This document shows, piece by piece, positions 18,884 to 29,124 of a stretch of DNA of 64,000 bases. Position 1 is the first letter of the stretch; each line of letters begins with the position of its first letter. A program made the translations under genes and the position numbers. The stretch is from Oscillibacter sp. CAG:241 (lineage in GTDB: Bacteria; Bacillota; Clostridia; Oscillospirales; Oscillospiraceae). The stretch is from NCBI GenBank assembly GCA_000435975.1, contig FR884114.1:12224-76223 (forward strand), given 5' to 3'. Below the pieces are notes generated by a model. It was not told the origin of the DNA, made no database searches, and saw only the letters and a list, made by a program, of their open reading frames with translations.

Positions 18884-20689
18884 ATGAACGGAAATCAAAT
18901 GATGGGGCGCCGAACAGGCGTGCCCGAAAAAAGTAAACGAGGAATAAAGGGCGTTCTGAAAGAACTGTTTACCTATTCTTCAAAATTGCGGCTGCCAATG
19001 ATCATTGCGTTTGTGTTTTCCATGATCGGCGCTGTCTTGACGATCATCGGGCCAAACCAGCTTAGTCGTATCACGGATCTGATCTCAGACGGACTGATGA
19101 CCGGCATTGACCTTTCTGCCGTTGCAAAGGTGGGAGGCGTCCTGCTGGCGATCTATCTGATCGGTGAAGTGTGCGGATATATTGAGCAATATATCATGGC
19201 TACCGTTACGCTGGATCTGTCCAAGAAAATGCGGCGGGATCTTTCCGATAAAATCAATAAGGTCCCTATGAAGTGCTTTGGGAAAATCTCGCACGGCGAT
19301 ATTCTGAGCCGTGTGACAAATGATGTCAGCACGCTTCAGCAGGCACTTTCCAACAGCCTTCCGTCGATGATCAGTGCAGTTGCCCAATTCGTAGGCTGCC
19401 TGATTATGATGCTTGTGACGGAGTGGCGAATGGCGCTTGCAGCGATCGCCATTACGCTGATTGGATTCGTTGTAATGGCGGTAATCATGTCCCGTTCTCA
19501 AAAATACTTCGTCGCCCGTCAGCAGAGTCTCGGTAAGCTCAACGGCTATGTGGAGGAAATGTACTCCGGCCATGATGTTGTACGCATTTCCCGTGCCAAC
19601 AACGAGATCAAAAAGAACTTTGCCGGGATGAACCGTGCGGTTTACGATGCAAACCGGAAAAGTCAGTTTCTATCCGGCGTTATGCAGCCGCTGATGAATG
19701 TGATCGGCAATCTCGGTTATGTAGCGGTCTGTGTGATCGGTGCGGCTTTGGTTATGGATGGGCAGATCACCTTTGGCGTAATCACGGCATTTATCATGTT
19801 TGTCCGCTTGTTTACCTCCCCGCTCAGCACACTGGCACAGGGTATGACGCAGATGCAGACGGCAGCTGCCGCCGGAGATCGGATATTCGACTTCCTGCAG
19901 GAGGAAGAACTTTCGGATGAAAGCTATAAGACCGAGAAATTGACCGAGGTGCATGGCGAGGTCGAATTCGACCATGTTCGCTTCAGCTATCCGGATAATC
20001 CGGACAAAATCATTATCAAAGATTTTTCTGCTCACATCAAGCCGGGGCAGAAAGTCGCTATCGTCGGTCCTACAGGTGCCGGTAAGACAACAATGGTCAA
20101 CCTTTTGATGCGGTTCTTTGATCTGGTCGGCGGCGATATCCGCATTGACGGTATTTCTACCTCCGATTTGACACGAGAAAACATCCACGAGCTGTTTGGC
20201 ATGGTGCTGCAGGACACCTGGCTGTTTGACGGAACCGTGCGTGAAAATCTCGTTTACAACAAAACAGGGGTTACGGACGAAGAACTTGAAAAGGCCTGCC
20301 GTGCGTGTGGGATCTATCACTTTATCGAGACGCTTCCGAATGGCTTTGATACCGTGCTTGGAGAAAATGTGGTCATTTCCGCAGGGCAAAAGCAGCTCTT
20401 TACCATTGCTCGTGCCATGATCAAAAACAGCCCAATGATGATCCTGGACGAAGCGACCAGCTCGGTCGATACACGGACGGAGCTGATGACGCAGAAGGCT
20501 ATGGATACGCTGACAGAGCACAGAACCAGCTTCGTGATCGCTCATCGGCTTTCTACCATTAAAAACGCTGACCTGATCCTTGTGATGAAGGAAGGCGACA
20601 TCATCGAACAGGGCACGCATGAGGAACTGCTGGCACAGGGCGGTTTCTATGCTGACCTATACAACAGCCAGTTTGACAAAGCATCTTAA
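18884..20689 (+). CDS. ABC exporter half-transporter, partner subunit with degenerate signature (heterodimer)
   Basis: Walker A GPTGAGKTT and signature ISAGQKQLFTIARAM. Immediately follows the first ABC gene. Confidence 0.9.
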   Translation: MNGNQMMGRRTGVPEKSKRGIKGVLKELFTYSSKLRLPMIIAFVFSMIGAVLTIIGPNQLSRITDLISDGLMTGIDLSAVAKVGGVLLAIYLIGEVCGYIEQYIMATVTLDLSKKMRRDLSDKINKVPMKCFGKISHGDILSRVTNDVSTLQQALSNSLPSMISAVAQFVGCLIMMLVTEWRMALAAIAITLIGFVVMAVIMSRSQKYFVARQQSLGKLNGYVEEMYSGHDVVRISRANNEIKKNFAGMNRAVYDANRKSQFLSGVMQPLMNVIGNLGYVAVCVIGAALVMDGQITFGVITAFIMFVRLFTSPLSTLAQGMTQMQTAAAAGDRIFDFLQEEELSDESYKTEKLTEVHGEVEFDHVRFSYPDNPDKIIIKDFSAHIKPGQKVAIVGPTGAGKTTMVNLLMRFFDLVGGDIRIDGISTSDLTRENIHELFGMVLQDTWLFDGTVRENLVYNKTGVTDEELEKACRACGIYHFIETLPNGFDTVLGENVVISAGQKQLFTIARAMIKNSPMMILDEATSSVDTRTELMTQKAMDTLTEHRTSFVIAHRLSTIKNADLILVMKEGDIIEQGTHEELLAQGGFYADLYNSQFDKAS

Positions 20690-20708
20690 TCAGAAGGGAG
20701 AGACAACC

Positions 20709-21311
20709 ATGAAATCCTTGGCAATCGAAAGAGAATTCGGAAGCGGCGGCCGTGAGATCGGTATGCGTGTTGCCGAATTGGCAGGAATACCTTACTATGA
20801 CGGTGAGTTGCTGATCAAAGCCGCTGAAGCCCAGGGTGTATCTATCGAACTGCTGAAAACCTACGACGAGCAGCGTACAGGTAGCTTTCTGTATGACATT
20901 GCTGCTTTTTCGGACTACGCACGTAACCGGAAGAACACAGTCTATGAGCTGTTCGAGGGAATTCGTCGGACAATGGTAAACATCGAGCTGAAAGGCCCTG
21001 CTGTTTTTATTGGCAGATGCTCCACGGTGATCCTCGGGGAAAGCCCTCGTGTTCTGAAATCATTTATTTATTCATCCGATACCGAGAAAAGGGTGGAACG
21101 CATTATCCGAACGGAAAATGTTTCGGAGACTGACGCAAAATATCTGATGCAGAAAAAGGATAGGGATCGGAAAAACTATTTCCGCTTCTGGACACAGAAG
21201 GAGTGGGCAGATAAGAGCAATTACGATATTCTGCTGAATACATCCGGCGTGTCCACGGAGGCATGTGCCCAAATGCTTCTTGCTGCGATAAGCGGCCAGC
21301 CACAGAAGTAA
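20709..21311 (+). CDS. cytidylate kinase-like family protein
   Basis: AIEREFGSGGREIG N-terminal P-loop-like motif of the Cytidylate_kin2 family. GGGAGAG RBS; the ORF-track start further upstream is inside the ABC gene. Confidence 0.65.
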   Translation: MKSLAIEREFGSGGREIGMRVAELAGIPYYDGELLIKAAEAQGVSIELLKTYDEQRTGSFLYDIAAFSDYARNRKNTVYELFEGIRRTMVNIELKGPAVFIGRCSTVILGESPRVLKSFIYSSDTEKRVERIIRTENVSETDAKYLMQKKDRDRKNYFRFWTQKEWADKSNYDILLNTSGVSTEACAQMLLAAISGQPQK

Positions 21312-21359
21312 TTCAGCATTTCCAACGGCCGCTATGCAAATCAAAGAGGTATCAAACTT

Positions 21360-21875
21360 ATGAAACATTTTTTGCGTTGCTTGCTTTACATAGCGGCCTT
21401 GGGTGTTGTGTTTTTTGTAGTCGGACGGTTAGTACCAAAGTCTTGGTTCAAAGCGGATCATTTCCCGTGGCGGTGCTATTCATATGAACAAGCAATATGG
21501 AAAGCGCTGCGTGTGAAGCAGTGGCAGGCAAAGGTGCCGGATATGAGCCGTATTTTTACAAATATCATGCCGGCAAAAAAGCTAAAGCGACAAACGCTTT
21601 CCGATTTGCCCAGAATGATCCAAGAAACCTGTGTTGCAGAGTGGACACACGGTATCTTATCGATTGCAGGGCTTGCAATGCTATGGTTCTGGCCTGGTAT
21701 AGGAGGTATTTGCATGACGGCCGTTTACATTTTGCTCGGCAATTTGCCATTTATTGTGGTACAGCGTTTCAACCGGCCTCGCTTACAAAAATTACTCTTA
21801 AAGCAACAGCGCAATATGCAAATTCGGAACTTACCACGATATGAGGAGCAGCTACTAACGACGATAGCACCGTAA
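21360..21875 (+). CDS. CrtO-like membrane acyltransferase (glycosyl-4,4'-diaponeurosporenoate acyltransferase family)
   Basis: C-terminal FIVVQRFNRPRLQKLL matches the IIVQRYNRPRL core of staphylococcal CrtO. Two TM segments. Confidence 0.6.
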   Translation: MKHFLRCLLYIAALGVVFFVVGRLVPKSWFKADHFPWRCYSYEQAIWKALRVKQWQAKVPDMSRIFTNIMPAKKLKRQTLSDLPRMIQETCVAEWTHGILSIAGLAMLWFWPGIGGICMTAVYILLGNLPFIVVQRFNRPRLQKLLLKQQRNMQIRNLPRYEEQLLTTIAP

Positions 21876-21920
21876 ACCCTTATCTCGCTTTTGCCGCACG
21901 TTACGAATGGATGGAATGTT

Positions 21921-22625
21921 ATGCAAAGAAGCACGAAAAAAATCAAACCGGAGGTGGACTACCGCCAGTTTCGTTTCAAAAAAATGAATACGCCGGAGTT
22001 TTCACATGTTAAGTTGCTGCTGTTTTGGCCGTTTTTCGGATTGATGTTTATGTTTCTTGAACGGTTTCAGCCGGAAAGACATTATTACGTTGTACACTGT
22101 GCGCTGGACGACTTGATCCCATTCTGGGAATGGGCGCTGATCCCGTATCTTCTGTGGTTTGTTTTTCTCATCGGAGCACTTATCTATACCTTTTTCTTTG
22201 ACACAAGAGCCTTCCGAAGAATGATGCACTTTGTTATCGTTACATACGGCATCACATTGCTTATTTACATCGTATTTCCGACCTGCCAGGAATTACGACC
22301 GGAGCATTTCGATGAACCCAATATACTTACTGATTTTATAACGGGGTTTTATTCATTTGACACCAACACGAATGTCTGTCCTTCTCTCCATGTTATCGGC
22401 TCGTTTGCCGCTATGTTTGCTCTGTGGGATTGCAAACGCTTTCAAAATGTTGCATGGAAGATCGTGTTCGGCATCATCGCAGTATGCATCAGCCTTTCGA
22501 CTGTTTTTATGAAACAACATTCTGCTGTGGATGTCATAGCTGCATTGCCTGTGTGCGCTTTGGGCTGGTGGCTGGGTTACGGAAAGAAAGAAGCATCAGC
22601 TCAGACCTCTGCAGTGGAGAAATAG
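21921..22625 (+). CDS. PAP2-superfamily lipid phosphatase/phosphotransferase
   Basis: PSLH and SAVDV motifs in a 6-TM protein. Alternative TTG start at 21891. Confidence 0.7.
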   Translation: MQRSTKKIKPEVDYRQFRFKKMNTPEFSHVKLLLFWPFFGLMFMFLERFQPERHYYVVHCALDDLIPFWEWALIPYLLWFVFLIGALIYTFFFDTRAFRRMMHFVIVTYGITLLIYIVFPTCQELRPEHFDEPNILTDFITGFYSFDTNTNVCPSLHVIGSFAAMFALWDCKRFQNVAWKIVFGIIAVCISLSTVFMKQHSAVDVIAALPVCALGWWLGYGKKEASAQTSAVEK

Positions 22626-22626
22626 A

Positions 22627-23776
22627 TATGGATAAAAAATTTAAGCAACAGCTTGGCTTGATTGCTTTCGGCGTTGCTCTATTCACAGCATTAAACAACT
22701 TGAACTATATTTCGGACTTTTTACATGTGTGTGCGGAATTGCTCACCCCTGTATTTGCAGGGTTGCTCATGGCGTTTATCCTGAGCGTTCCGATGCGCGG
22801 GATCGGCAAGCGTCTTTCTCGCCTTATGCCCAAAGCAAGCGAGCGCACAATCAATGTTTTAAGTTTGATTATTACATTGTTGCTTTTAGTCGCTATTATC
22901 GTGCTACTATGTGTCATTGCGATTCCTCAGCTCATAGCCTCCGTAAAAAGTATCATTTCTCTTATTAAAGAAAAGTGGCCCGACTGGGCAGCGGTGCTGC
23001 GCAATTATGGCTTTGATACCGCTGAGATCAGCGCATATCTCAACAAGTTGGATTGGAAAACCATTGCCGAGAAGGCAATGAACGGAGCAGGCGTAGTAAT
23101 AGGCTCCGTTGTCAGTGTTGCCGGCTCTACAATATCTACTGTTGTCAACGCAGCCGTTTCGCTCGTGATCATGTTTTATGTTCTGGTTGGAAAGCAGGAA
23201 CTTGGCAAACAAACAAGACGGGCGCTGTACGCTTATTGCAAAGAATCTGTCGCAGATAAGGTCTGCCATATCGCAAAGCTGTCTCACGATACCTATGCCA
23301 AATTTCTTTCAGGTCAATGTGTAGAGGTGCTGATACTTGGTACGCTGATTTTCCTTTCGTTTTCTATATTCCGGATCCCTTATGCCGGGCTGACGGCGGT
23401 TTTGACCGCAGCTTTTGCCTTTGTACCATACATTGGAGCGTTCTTGTCCTGTGCAATCGGTATGTTGCTGACTTTGCTGGCTGAGCCAAACAAGGTGATC
23501 CTATGCCTGATCGTCTATCAGGCGGCACAGTTCGTTGAAAACCAATTTATTTACCCTCATGTTGTGGGAAGCAGTGTCGGGCTATCTCCGTTTTGGACCT
23601 TGCTCGCCGTCCTTTTGGGCGGGAAGATGTTTGGCGTTTTAGGTATCATCTTCTTTATCCCGTTGATGGCGGTGATCTCACAATTACTGCATGAGAATAT
23701 TGAACACCGTTTGGCTGTGCGGAAGCTAAAGAAAAACGACCTCATCAAAAATCTGACTGAGCACTTCAACAAATGA
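22627..23776 (+). CDS. AI-2E family transporter (UPF0118 permease)
   Basis: YPHVVGSSVGLSPFWTLLAVLLGGKMFGVLGIIFFIPLMAV C-terminal signature. ATG overlaps the previous stop. Confidence 0.8.
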
Positions 23777-23878
23777 TATGGTTACGGCGCAGCCGAAAAA
23801 AGGCTGCGCCGTTCTTTTATTATGCTCGTTCTCTCAGATCCAAACGGGAATACTATGATCCTGAGCAAATTCCCTTTT

Positions 23879-23896
23879 GTTTCGTTTCAGTTTAGA
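23879..23896 (+). promoter_or_regulatory. GTTTCGTTTCAGTTTAGA motif copy upstream of PLD-family gene
   Basis: Exact 18-mer, 48 nt before ATG 23944. Confidence 0.5.
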
Positions 23897-23943
23897 AAAG
23901 GACATTATAATTTCTGCAAATCTGGATAAAAGGAAAGGTGCTG

Positions 23944-25326
23944 ATGAAAAACGTTATCTTTAAGGGTATAAAGGCCTTGGCTATTCTGTTTGTGCTTTAC
24001 ATACTGATCAGCCTGATCGTCCCGCCGATATTCCAAAAAGAACCGATAGAGCTCGAAGGAGCCGAGTTCGCCGGTACAGGTGTGACAGAACGGGTTCTGT
24101 GTATTGACGATAACCGTGAAGCGCTTATCTGGCGTCTTCGACTGATAGACAGGGCCGAAAACGAGATCATTCTGTCAACATTCGATTTTCGGGTGGATAA
24201 CAGCGGGAAAGATATGATAGCGGCCTTGAATGAGGCTGCCGAGCGTGGGGTGAATATCAAAATACTCGTTGACGGAATTTCCGGAGATATGTATTTGCGC
24301 TGCAACAGGCTGATCGGTGCATTGGCGGCTAATACGAATGTACAAATCAAGCTGTATAACCCCATCAATCTTATGACTCCTTGGAAAATCAATTACCGCC
24401 TGCACGACAAATACCTGATCGTGGATGGAAAGCAATACCTATTAGGCGGAAGAAACACAAACGATTTGTTCCTCGGAGAATATAAGGACAAGGAAGACCG
24501 CAACATTGACAGAGAAGTTTTGGTCTGCTCTGATGGGACGAACAGCTCGACCGAGGCCTTGACAGCATATTTTGCGAAGATATGGGATTTGCCCTGTAAC
24601 AAGGAAATCTCCGGCAACCGGAGAAACCTCCAAAAGGCACAGGAAACGCTCCGAACGCATTATACAGAACTACAGGGATCGTATGCCGAGGCTTATTTGC
24701 CGGTGGATTTGGAAAGAGAGACGCTGGAAGCCAAAAGTATCACACTTCTCTCCAACCCAACCTCGCCGGAAAACAAAGCACCTGTACTCTGGGAGCAATT
24801 GAGCGGCATCATGAAGAACGGCGAAAGCATTTTGATTGAGACTCCTTATATTATCTGCAATAACGGTATGTATGAAACACTGGCAGGCTTCTGTGAGGGC
24901 GGTCGCCGGGTCCAAATCATGACCAATGCCATTGAAAGCGGAGCAAACCCCTTTGGCTGCACAGACTACCTGAACGAGAAGAAAAACATTCTTGCAACCG
25001 GCAGTGAGGTCTTTGAAGTGTCCTGCGGGCAGTCCCTGCATACCAAAACGATTTTGGTGGACGATCACATCAGTATGATCGGCTCCTATAATCTTGACCT
25101 GAGAAGCACCTATCTGGACACGGAGCTCATGCTGGTGATCGACTGCCCGGAGCTGAATCAATGCCTACGGGAAAACGCATCTGTCAAGGCAGAGCAAAGC
25201 AGACATGTGCTGCCCGATGGAACAGAGAACGAAGGGCCGGATTTTCAAGGAGAAATGCCGTTTTATAAGAAAGCCGGTTATTTCCTTTTACGACTCCTCA
25301 CCGGCCTCTTCCGGTATCTGTTGTGA
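23944..25326 (+). CDS. phospholipase D / cardiolipin synthase family protein (two HKD motifs)
   Basis: HDKYLIVDG and HTKTILVDD...GSYNLD HxKx4D motifs. N-terminal TM segment. Confidence 0.8.
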   Translation: MKNVIFKGIKALAILFVLYILISLIVPPIFQKEPIELEGAEFAGTGVTERVLCIDDNREALIWRLRLIDRAENEIILSTFDFRVDNSGKDMIAALNEAAERGVNIKILVDGISGDMYLRCNRLIGALAANTNVQIKLYNPINLMTPWKINYRLHDKYLIVDGKQYLLGGRNTNDLFLGEYKDKEDRNIDREVLVCSDGTNSSTEALTAYFAKIWDLPCNKEISGNRRNLQKAQETLRTHYTELQGSYAEAYLPVDLERETLEAKSITLLSNPTSPENKAPVLWEQLSGIMKNGESILIETPYIICNNGMYETLAGFCEGGRRVQIMTNAIESGANPFGCTDYLNEKKNILATGSEVFEVSCGQSLHTKTILVDDHISMIGSYNLDLRSTYLDTELMLVIDCPELNQCLRENASVKAEQSRHVLPDGTENEGPDFQGEMPFYKKAGYFLLRLLTGLFRYLL

Positions 25327-25401
25327 ATGATCCGAATCCGGAGGTGCGTCTGTCTTAATCGGCGCACTAAAGATATCCCTTAGCAGAAAGGAAGTTGTAG
25401 T

Positions 25402-26391
25402 ATGAAAAAGAATACAAAGAAAATCGTAACAGCGGCAGGAATCGCAGCCGGAACAGCTGCCGTTGCATCGCTGTCCGCATATGTCACAATAAAAGCCCTG
25501 ATCGATACAGCACTTGATCGGGAAATGCCAAAGGTGATGGAAAAAGCAGATAAGCGTATCTCCGGAGAGAAAAGCAGCGACGAGTTCACAAACCGGATGG
25601 AGAGTGCCTCTGAAAGCCTTGCCGTACAGCCGAATGAAACGGTTGAAATCATTGCTCATGACGGAGAAAAGCTCGTCGGACATTATTTTCCCTGCGAAAA
25701 GCCGGAAAGAGTGATTATTGCTTTCCACGGATGGCGTTCATCGTGGCATCGGGATTTTGGGATGATCTCCGATTTCTGGTACAAAAACAACTGCAGCGTG
25801 CTCTATGTTGAGCAGCGTGGGCAGAATAACAGCAGTGGCGAATATATGGGCTTCGGCCTTACCGAACGCTTTGACTGTCTGGACTGGCTGAATTGGGAGA
25901 TTGAACGCTGCGGAAGCGATATTCCTGTTTACCTTGCCGGTGTTTCCATGGGGGCTACCACCGTACTGATGGCTGCCGGACTGCAGCTGCCGCCCAACGT
26001 ACATGGGATCATGGCGGATTGCGGTTTTACATCGGTCAATGCGATATGGGAGCATATTGCTAAGGATAACCTCCACATTCGATTCGGCATACGCAGTGCG
26101 ATTGCCGACAGGATGTGTCGTCGGAAAATACAGGTCGGCTCAAAGGAGCATTCGACGGTAGAAGCTCTTAAACATACCCATGTTCCCGTTATTCTTGTCC
26201 ACGGCGCCGATGACCATTTTGTTCCGGTAGAGATGACCTACGAGAACTACACTGCCTGTACGGCACCGAAGGATTTGCTGATTGTTCCGGGTGCCGATCA
26301 CGGTATGAGCTACTTTATGGAACCGGAAAAGTATGAAAATGCCGTAAAGGCGTTCTGGGCAAAATATGATAGACCGAGGTGCGAAGCATGA
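25402..26391 (+). CDS. alpha/beta-fold hydrolase (membrane-anchored)
   Basis: GVSMGAT nucleophile elbow, with downstream Asp/His positions and an N-terminal TM helix. Confidence 0.75.
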   Translation: MKKNTKKIVTAAGIAAGTAAVASLSAYVTIKALIDTALDREMPKVMEKADKRISGEKSSDEFTNRMESASESLAVQPNETVEIIAHDGEKLVGHYFPCEKPERVIIAFHGWRSSWHRDFGMISDFWYKNNCSVLYVEQRGQNNSSGEYMGFGLTERFDCLDWLNWEIERCGSDIPVYLAGVSMGATTVLMAAGLQLPPNVHGIMADCGFTSVNAIWEHIAKDNLHIRFGIRSAIADRMCRRKIQVGSKEHSTVEALKHTHVPVILVHGADDHFVPVEMTYENYTACTAPKDLLIVPGADHGMSYFMEPEKYENAVKAFWAKYDRPRCEA

Positions 26392-26861
26392 AATTCAATG
26401 ATAAGCTGATTACTGCAATCGCAGCAATCGTTGTGGGTGTCCTGTTTATTGCGCTGAAAGGGGACGTGCTGAGTATTGCATTTACTGTTCTCGGCGCAGC
26501 GTTGATCGTTATGGGTATTCTGGACGCCGCAAAAAAAGACAGTAAAAGTGGCACTGTGAAAATTGTCGCCGGCCTTGTGACCGTGCTGCTCGGATGGACG
26601 CTTGTCAGTATCACGCTCTATATTGTGGCGGCATTGATGATCCTCTATTGCCTGATGAATTTGGTTTCCTCTTTGAAAACGGATGGCTATTCCATGAGTA
26701 CTGTGCAAAAGCTTCGCACCTATGCAAAGCCGGTCATCGGTCTTGCTGCCGGCATCTGTCTCCTGCTGAACCAAGGCGGTACCGTCTCCTGGGTGTTCAT
26801 CTTTACCGGTATTGTTTTCATCGCTGAGGGCATTATGATGCTTGCGGAATGCAAAAAATAA
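26388..26861 (+). CDS. small multi-pass membrane protein (HdeD/DUF308-like)
   Basis: Four hydrophobic helices with Gly-rich repeats. ATG overlaps the hydrolase stop. Confidence 0.45.
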   Translation: MKFNDKLITAIAAIVVGVLFIALKGDVLSIAFTVLGAALIVMGILDAAKKDSKSGTVKIVAGLVTVLLGWTLVSITLYIVAALMILYCLMNLVSSLKTDGYSMSTVQKLRTYAKPVIGLAAGICLLLNQGGTVSWVFIFTGIVFIAEGIMMLAECKK

Positions 26862-26887
26862 CTCTCTGTTAAAAGGAGAGCACAAAA

Positions 26888-28411
26888 TTGAATCTGAAAC
26901 TGAAAGAAAAAATCAAAGAGTCACTCTCCGCCGTTCTTCCAATCACCGGAATTGTTCTGATGCTCAGTATTTTCTTGGTTCCGATGGAGCTTGGCAGCAT
27001 TGTTATGTTCCTTACCGGAGCGGTCATGCTGATCGTCGGAATGGGATTTTTCCAGCTCGGCGCAGAGATGGCGATGACGCCGATCGGAGAAGGCGTCGGC
27101 GTGCAGATCTCGAAAATGAAAAAGCTTATAACGGTTTTGCTGACCGGCTTTGTTATGGGCGTCATCATTACCGTATCCGAGCCGGATCTGCAGGTCCTTG
27201 CCGGTCAGGTGCCCTCCGTTCCCAATGCCGTGCTGATTATGACGGTAGCAATCGGCGTCGGCTTGTTTCTTGCGCTGGCAATCGTCCGTATCCGCTATAA
27301 GATCAGCTTGCCCCTGCTGCTGATCATCTGCTATGCGGCGCTCATCCTTATATCGCTGTTCGTGCCGAAGGAGTTTCTGGCTGTGGCATTTGATTCGGGC
27401 GGCGTTACCACCGGTCCTATGACCGTACCGTTCATTATGGCAATGGGCGTCGGGCTTGCCTCTGTGCGGAGCGATAAAAATGCAGCCAGCGACAGCTTCG
27501 GATTGGTTGCGCTTTCCAGTGTCGGGCCGATTCTCGCCGTTTTGATCCTCGGTTGTTTCTACAAACCGACTGAGGCTGCGTATACGCTCACCGATGTGGC
27601 GACTGTCGTCACCACCCAGGATGTTGCCCGTGTGTTTGCACAAGGTCTACCGCTGTATGCCAAAGAAGTCCTTGTATCGCTGCTGCCGATCATTGCGGTG
27701 TTTCTGATTTTCCAAATGATGACCCGCCGTTACCAAAAGCGGCAGATCAAGCGCATTGCCGTTGGCTTTGCGTATACATACATCGGTCTGGTGCTGTTCC
27801 TTTGCGGAGCCAATGTCGGCTTTGCACCGCTCGGCTCCTATCTCGGCAAAGAGCTGACCGGGGTGTCCTTCCGTTGGATTTTGATCCCCATCGGTATGCT
27901 GATCGGTTATTATATCGTAAAGGCCGAACCTGCCATCCAAGTGCTGAACCATCAGGTAGAGACTGTTACAAACGGCGCTATCTCCGTAAAAATGATGAAC
28001 CGCTGCATGTCGATCGGTGTAGCCGTGAGCGTGGGGCTGGCAATGCTTCGTGTTCTTACCGGGATCTCTATTCAATGGTTTGTGATCCCAGGATACCTCA
28101 TCGCTCTGGTGCTGTCCCGTTTTGTTCCGGATATTTTTATCGGTATTGCATTTGACTCCGGCGGCGTCGCCAGCGGCCCGATGACCTCGACATTTCTGCT
28201 GCCTCTCAGCATCGGCGTTTGTGAGGCGCTTGGCGGAAATCTGATGACTGATGCGTTCGGCGTGGTTGCGCTGGTTGCTTTGACACCGCTGATCGCCATT
28301 CAGCTTATGGGTCTTGTATATAAACTGAAGACTGAAAAGAGGACATCGACGGGAACGGCTGAAATTGCCGACGATTGCGATGCGATCGTTGACCTTGAGG
28401 AGGGTGAGTAA
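26888..28411 (+). CDS. DUF1538-family membrane protein
   Basis: Duplicated DUF1538-type halves (AFDSGGV..GPMT repeated). AAAGGAGAG RBS + TTG start. Paralog at 61024-62601. Confidence 0.75.
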   Translation: MNLKLKEKIKESLSAVLPITGIVLMLSIFLVPMELGSIVMFLTGAVMLIVGMGFFQLGAEMAMTPIGEGVGVQISKMKKLITVLLTGFVMGVIITVSEPDLQVLAGQVPSVPNAVLIMTVAIGVGLFLALAIVRIRYKISLPLLLIICYAALILISLFVPKEFLAVAFDSGGVTTGPMTVPFIMAMGVGLASVRSDKNAASDSFGLVALSSVGPILAVLILGCFYKPTEAAYTLTDVATVVTTQDVARVFAQGLPLYAKEVLVSLLPIIAVFLIFQMMTRRYQKRQIKRIAVGFAYTYIGLVLFLCGANVGFAPLGSYLGKELTGVSFRWILIPIGMLIGYYIVKAEPAIQVLNHQVETVTNGAISVKMMNRCMSIGVAVSVGLAMLRVLTGISIQWFVIPGYLIALVLSRFVPDIFIGIAFDSGGVASGPMTSTFLLPLSIGVCEALGGNLMTDAFGVVALVALTPLIAIQLMGLVYKLKTEKRTSTGTAEIADDCDAIVDLEEGE

Positions 28412-28413
28412 AA

Positions 28414-29102
28414 TGGATCATGAGAAAAAAGTATCTTTTCAGCTATTAACGCTGATCACCACGCCAAAGCTTGCCGAGAAGGCAGCGGAAATGTTCAAAA
28501 AGGGTGCACTGCCGCTGCAATATCGCTTCAATGCCGAAGGCACCGCCTCCAGCGAGATCATGGACATGCTCGGTCTCGGCAGCATCGATAAAAGCGTTTT
28601 GATCAGCATGATCCCGAAAGAACTATCCGATGTCCTGATGGATAAGTTGCGCTCGGAGCTGCAGTTAAACATGGCAAACAGCGGTATTGCATTTACGATC
28701 CCGCTGAACGGAGCAAACAACCTGATTTTGCGTATCCTTGCCCAGAATACGGGAAAGGAAGTATTGAATATCGGAGGAAAGGAAGAAAACAGTATGTCTG
28801 AAACAAAATACTCTCTTGTTGCGGCAATCGTGAACCGGGGCTTCAGCGGTGATGTGATGGAAACCGTTCGTGGTGCCGGTGCCAAAGGTGGCACTGTGAT
28901 TCACAGTCGGCGCATCGGAAATGAGGATGTGACCAACTTTTGGGGCTTGAGCGTCCAGGACGAAAAGGAAATCGTTCTGATTCTGACGGAGTCCGCAAAC
29001 AAGGTGGCGCTTATGAAGTGTATCGGAGAAAGCTGCGGTATGCACAGTGAGGCGCAGGGGATTGTCATGTCCATGCCGATAGATTCCGTCGCCGGCATTT
29101 AA
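28414..29102 (+). CDS. P-II-like (nitrogen regulatory protein P-II fold) tandem-domain protein
   Basis: Two about 100-aa PII-like halves (NRGFSGDVMETVRGAGAKGGT). Immediately downstream of the DUF1538 gene. Paralog at 60311-61012. Confidence 0.6.
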
Positions 29103-29124
29103 GTACGCAGATCGGAGAAATGCT

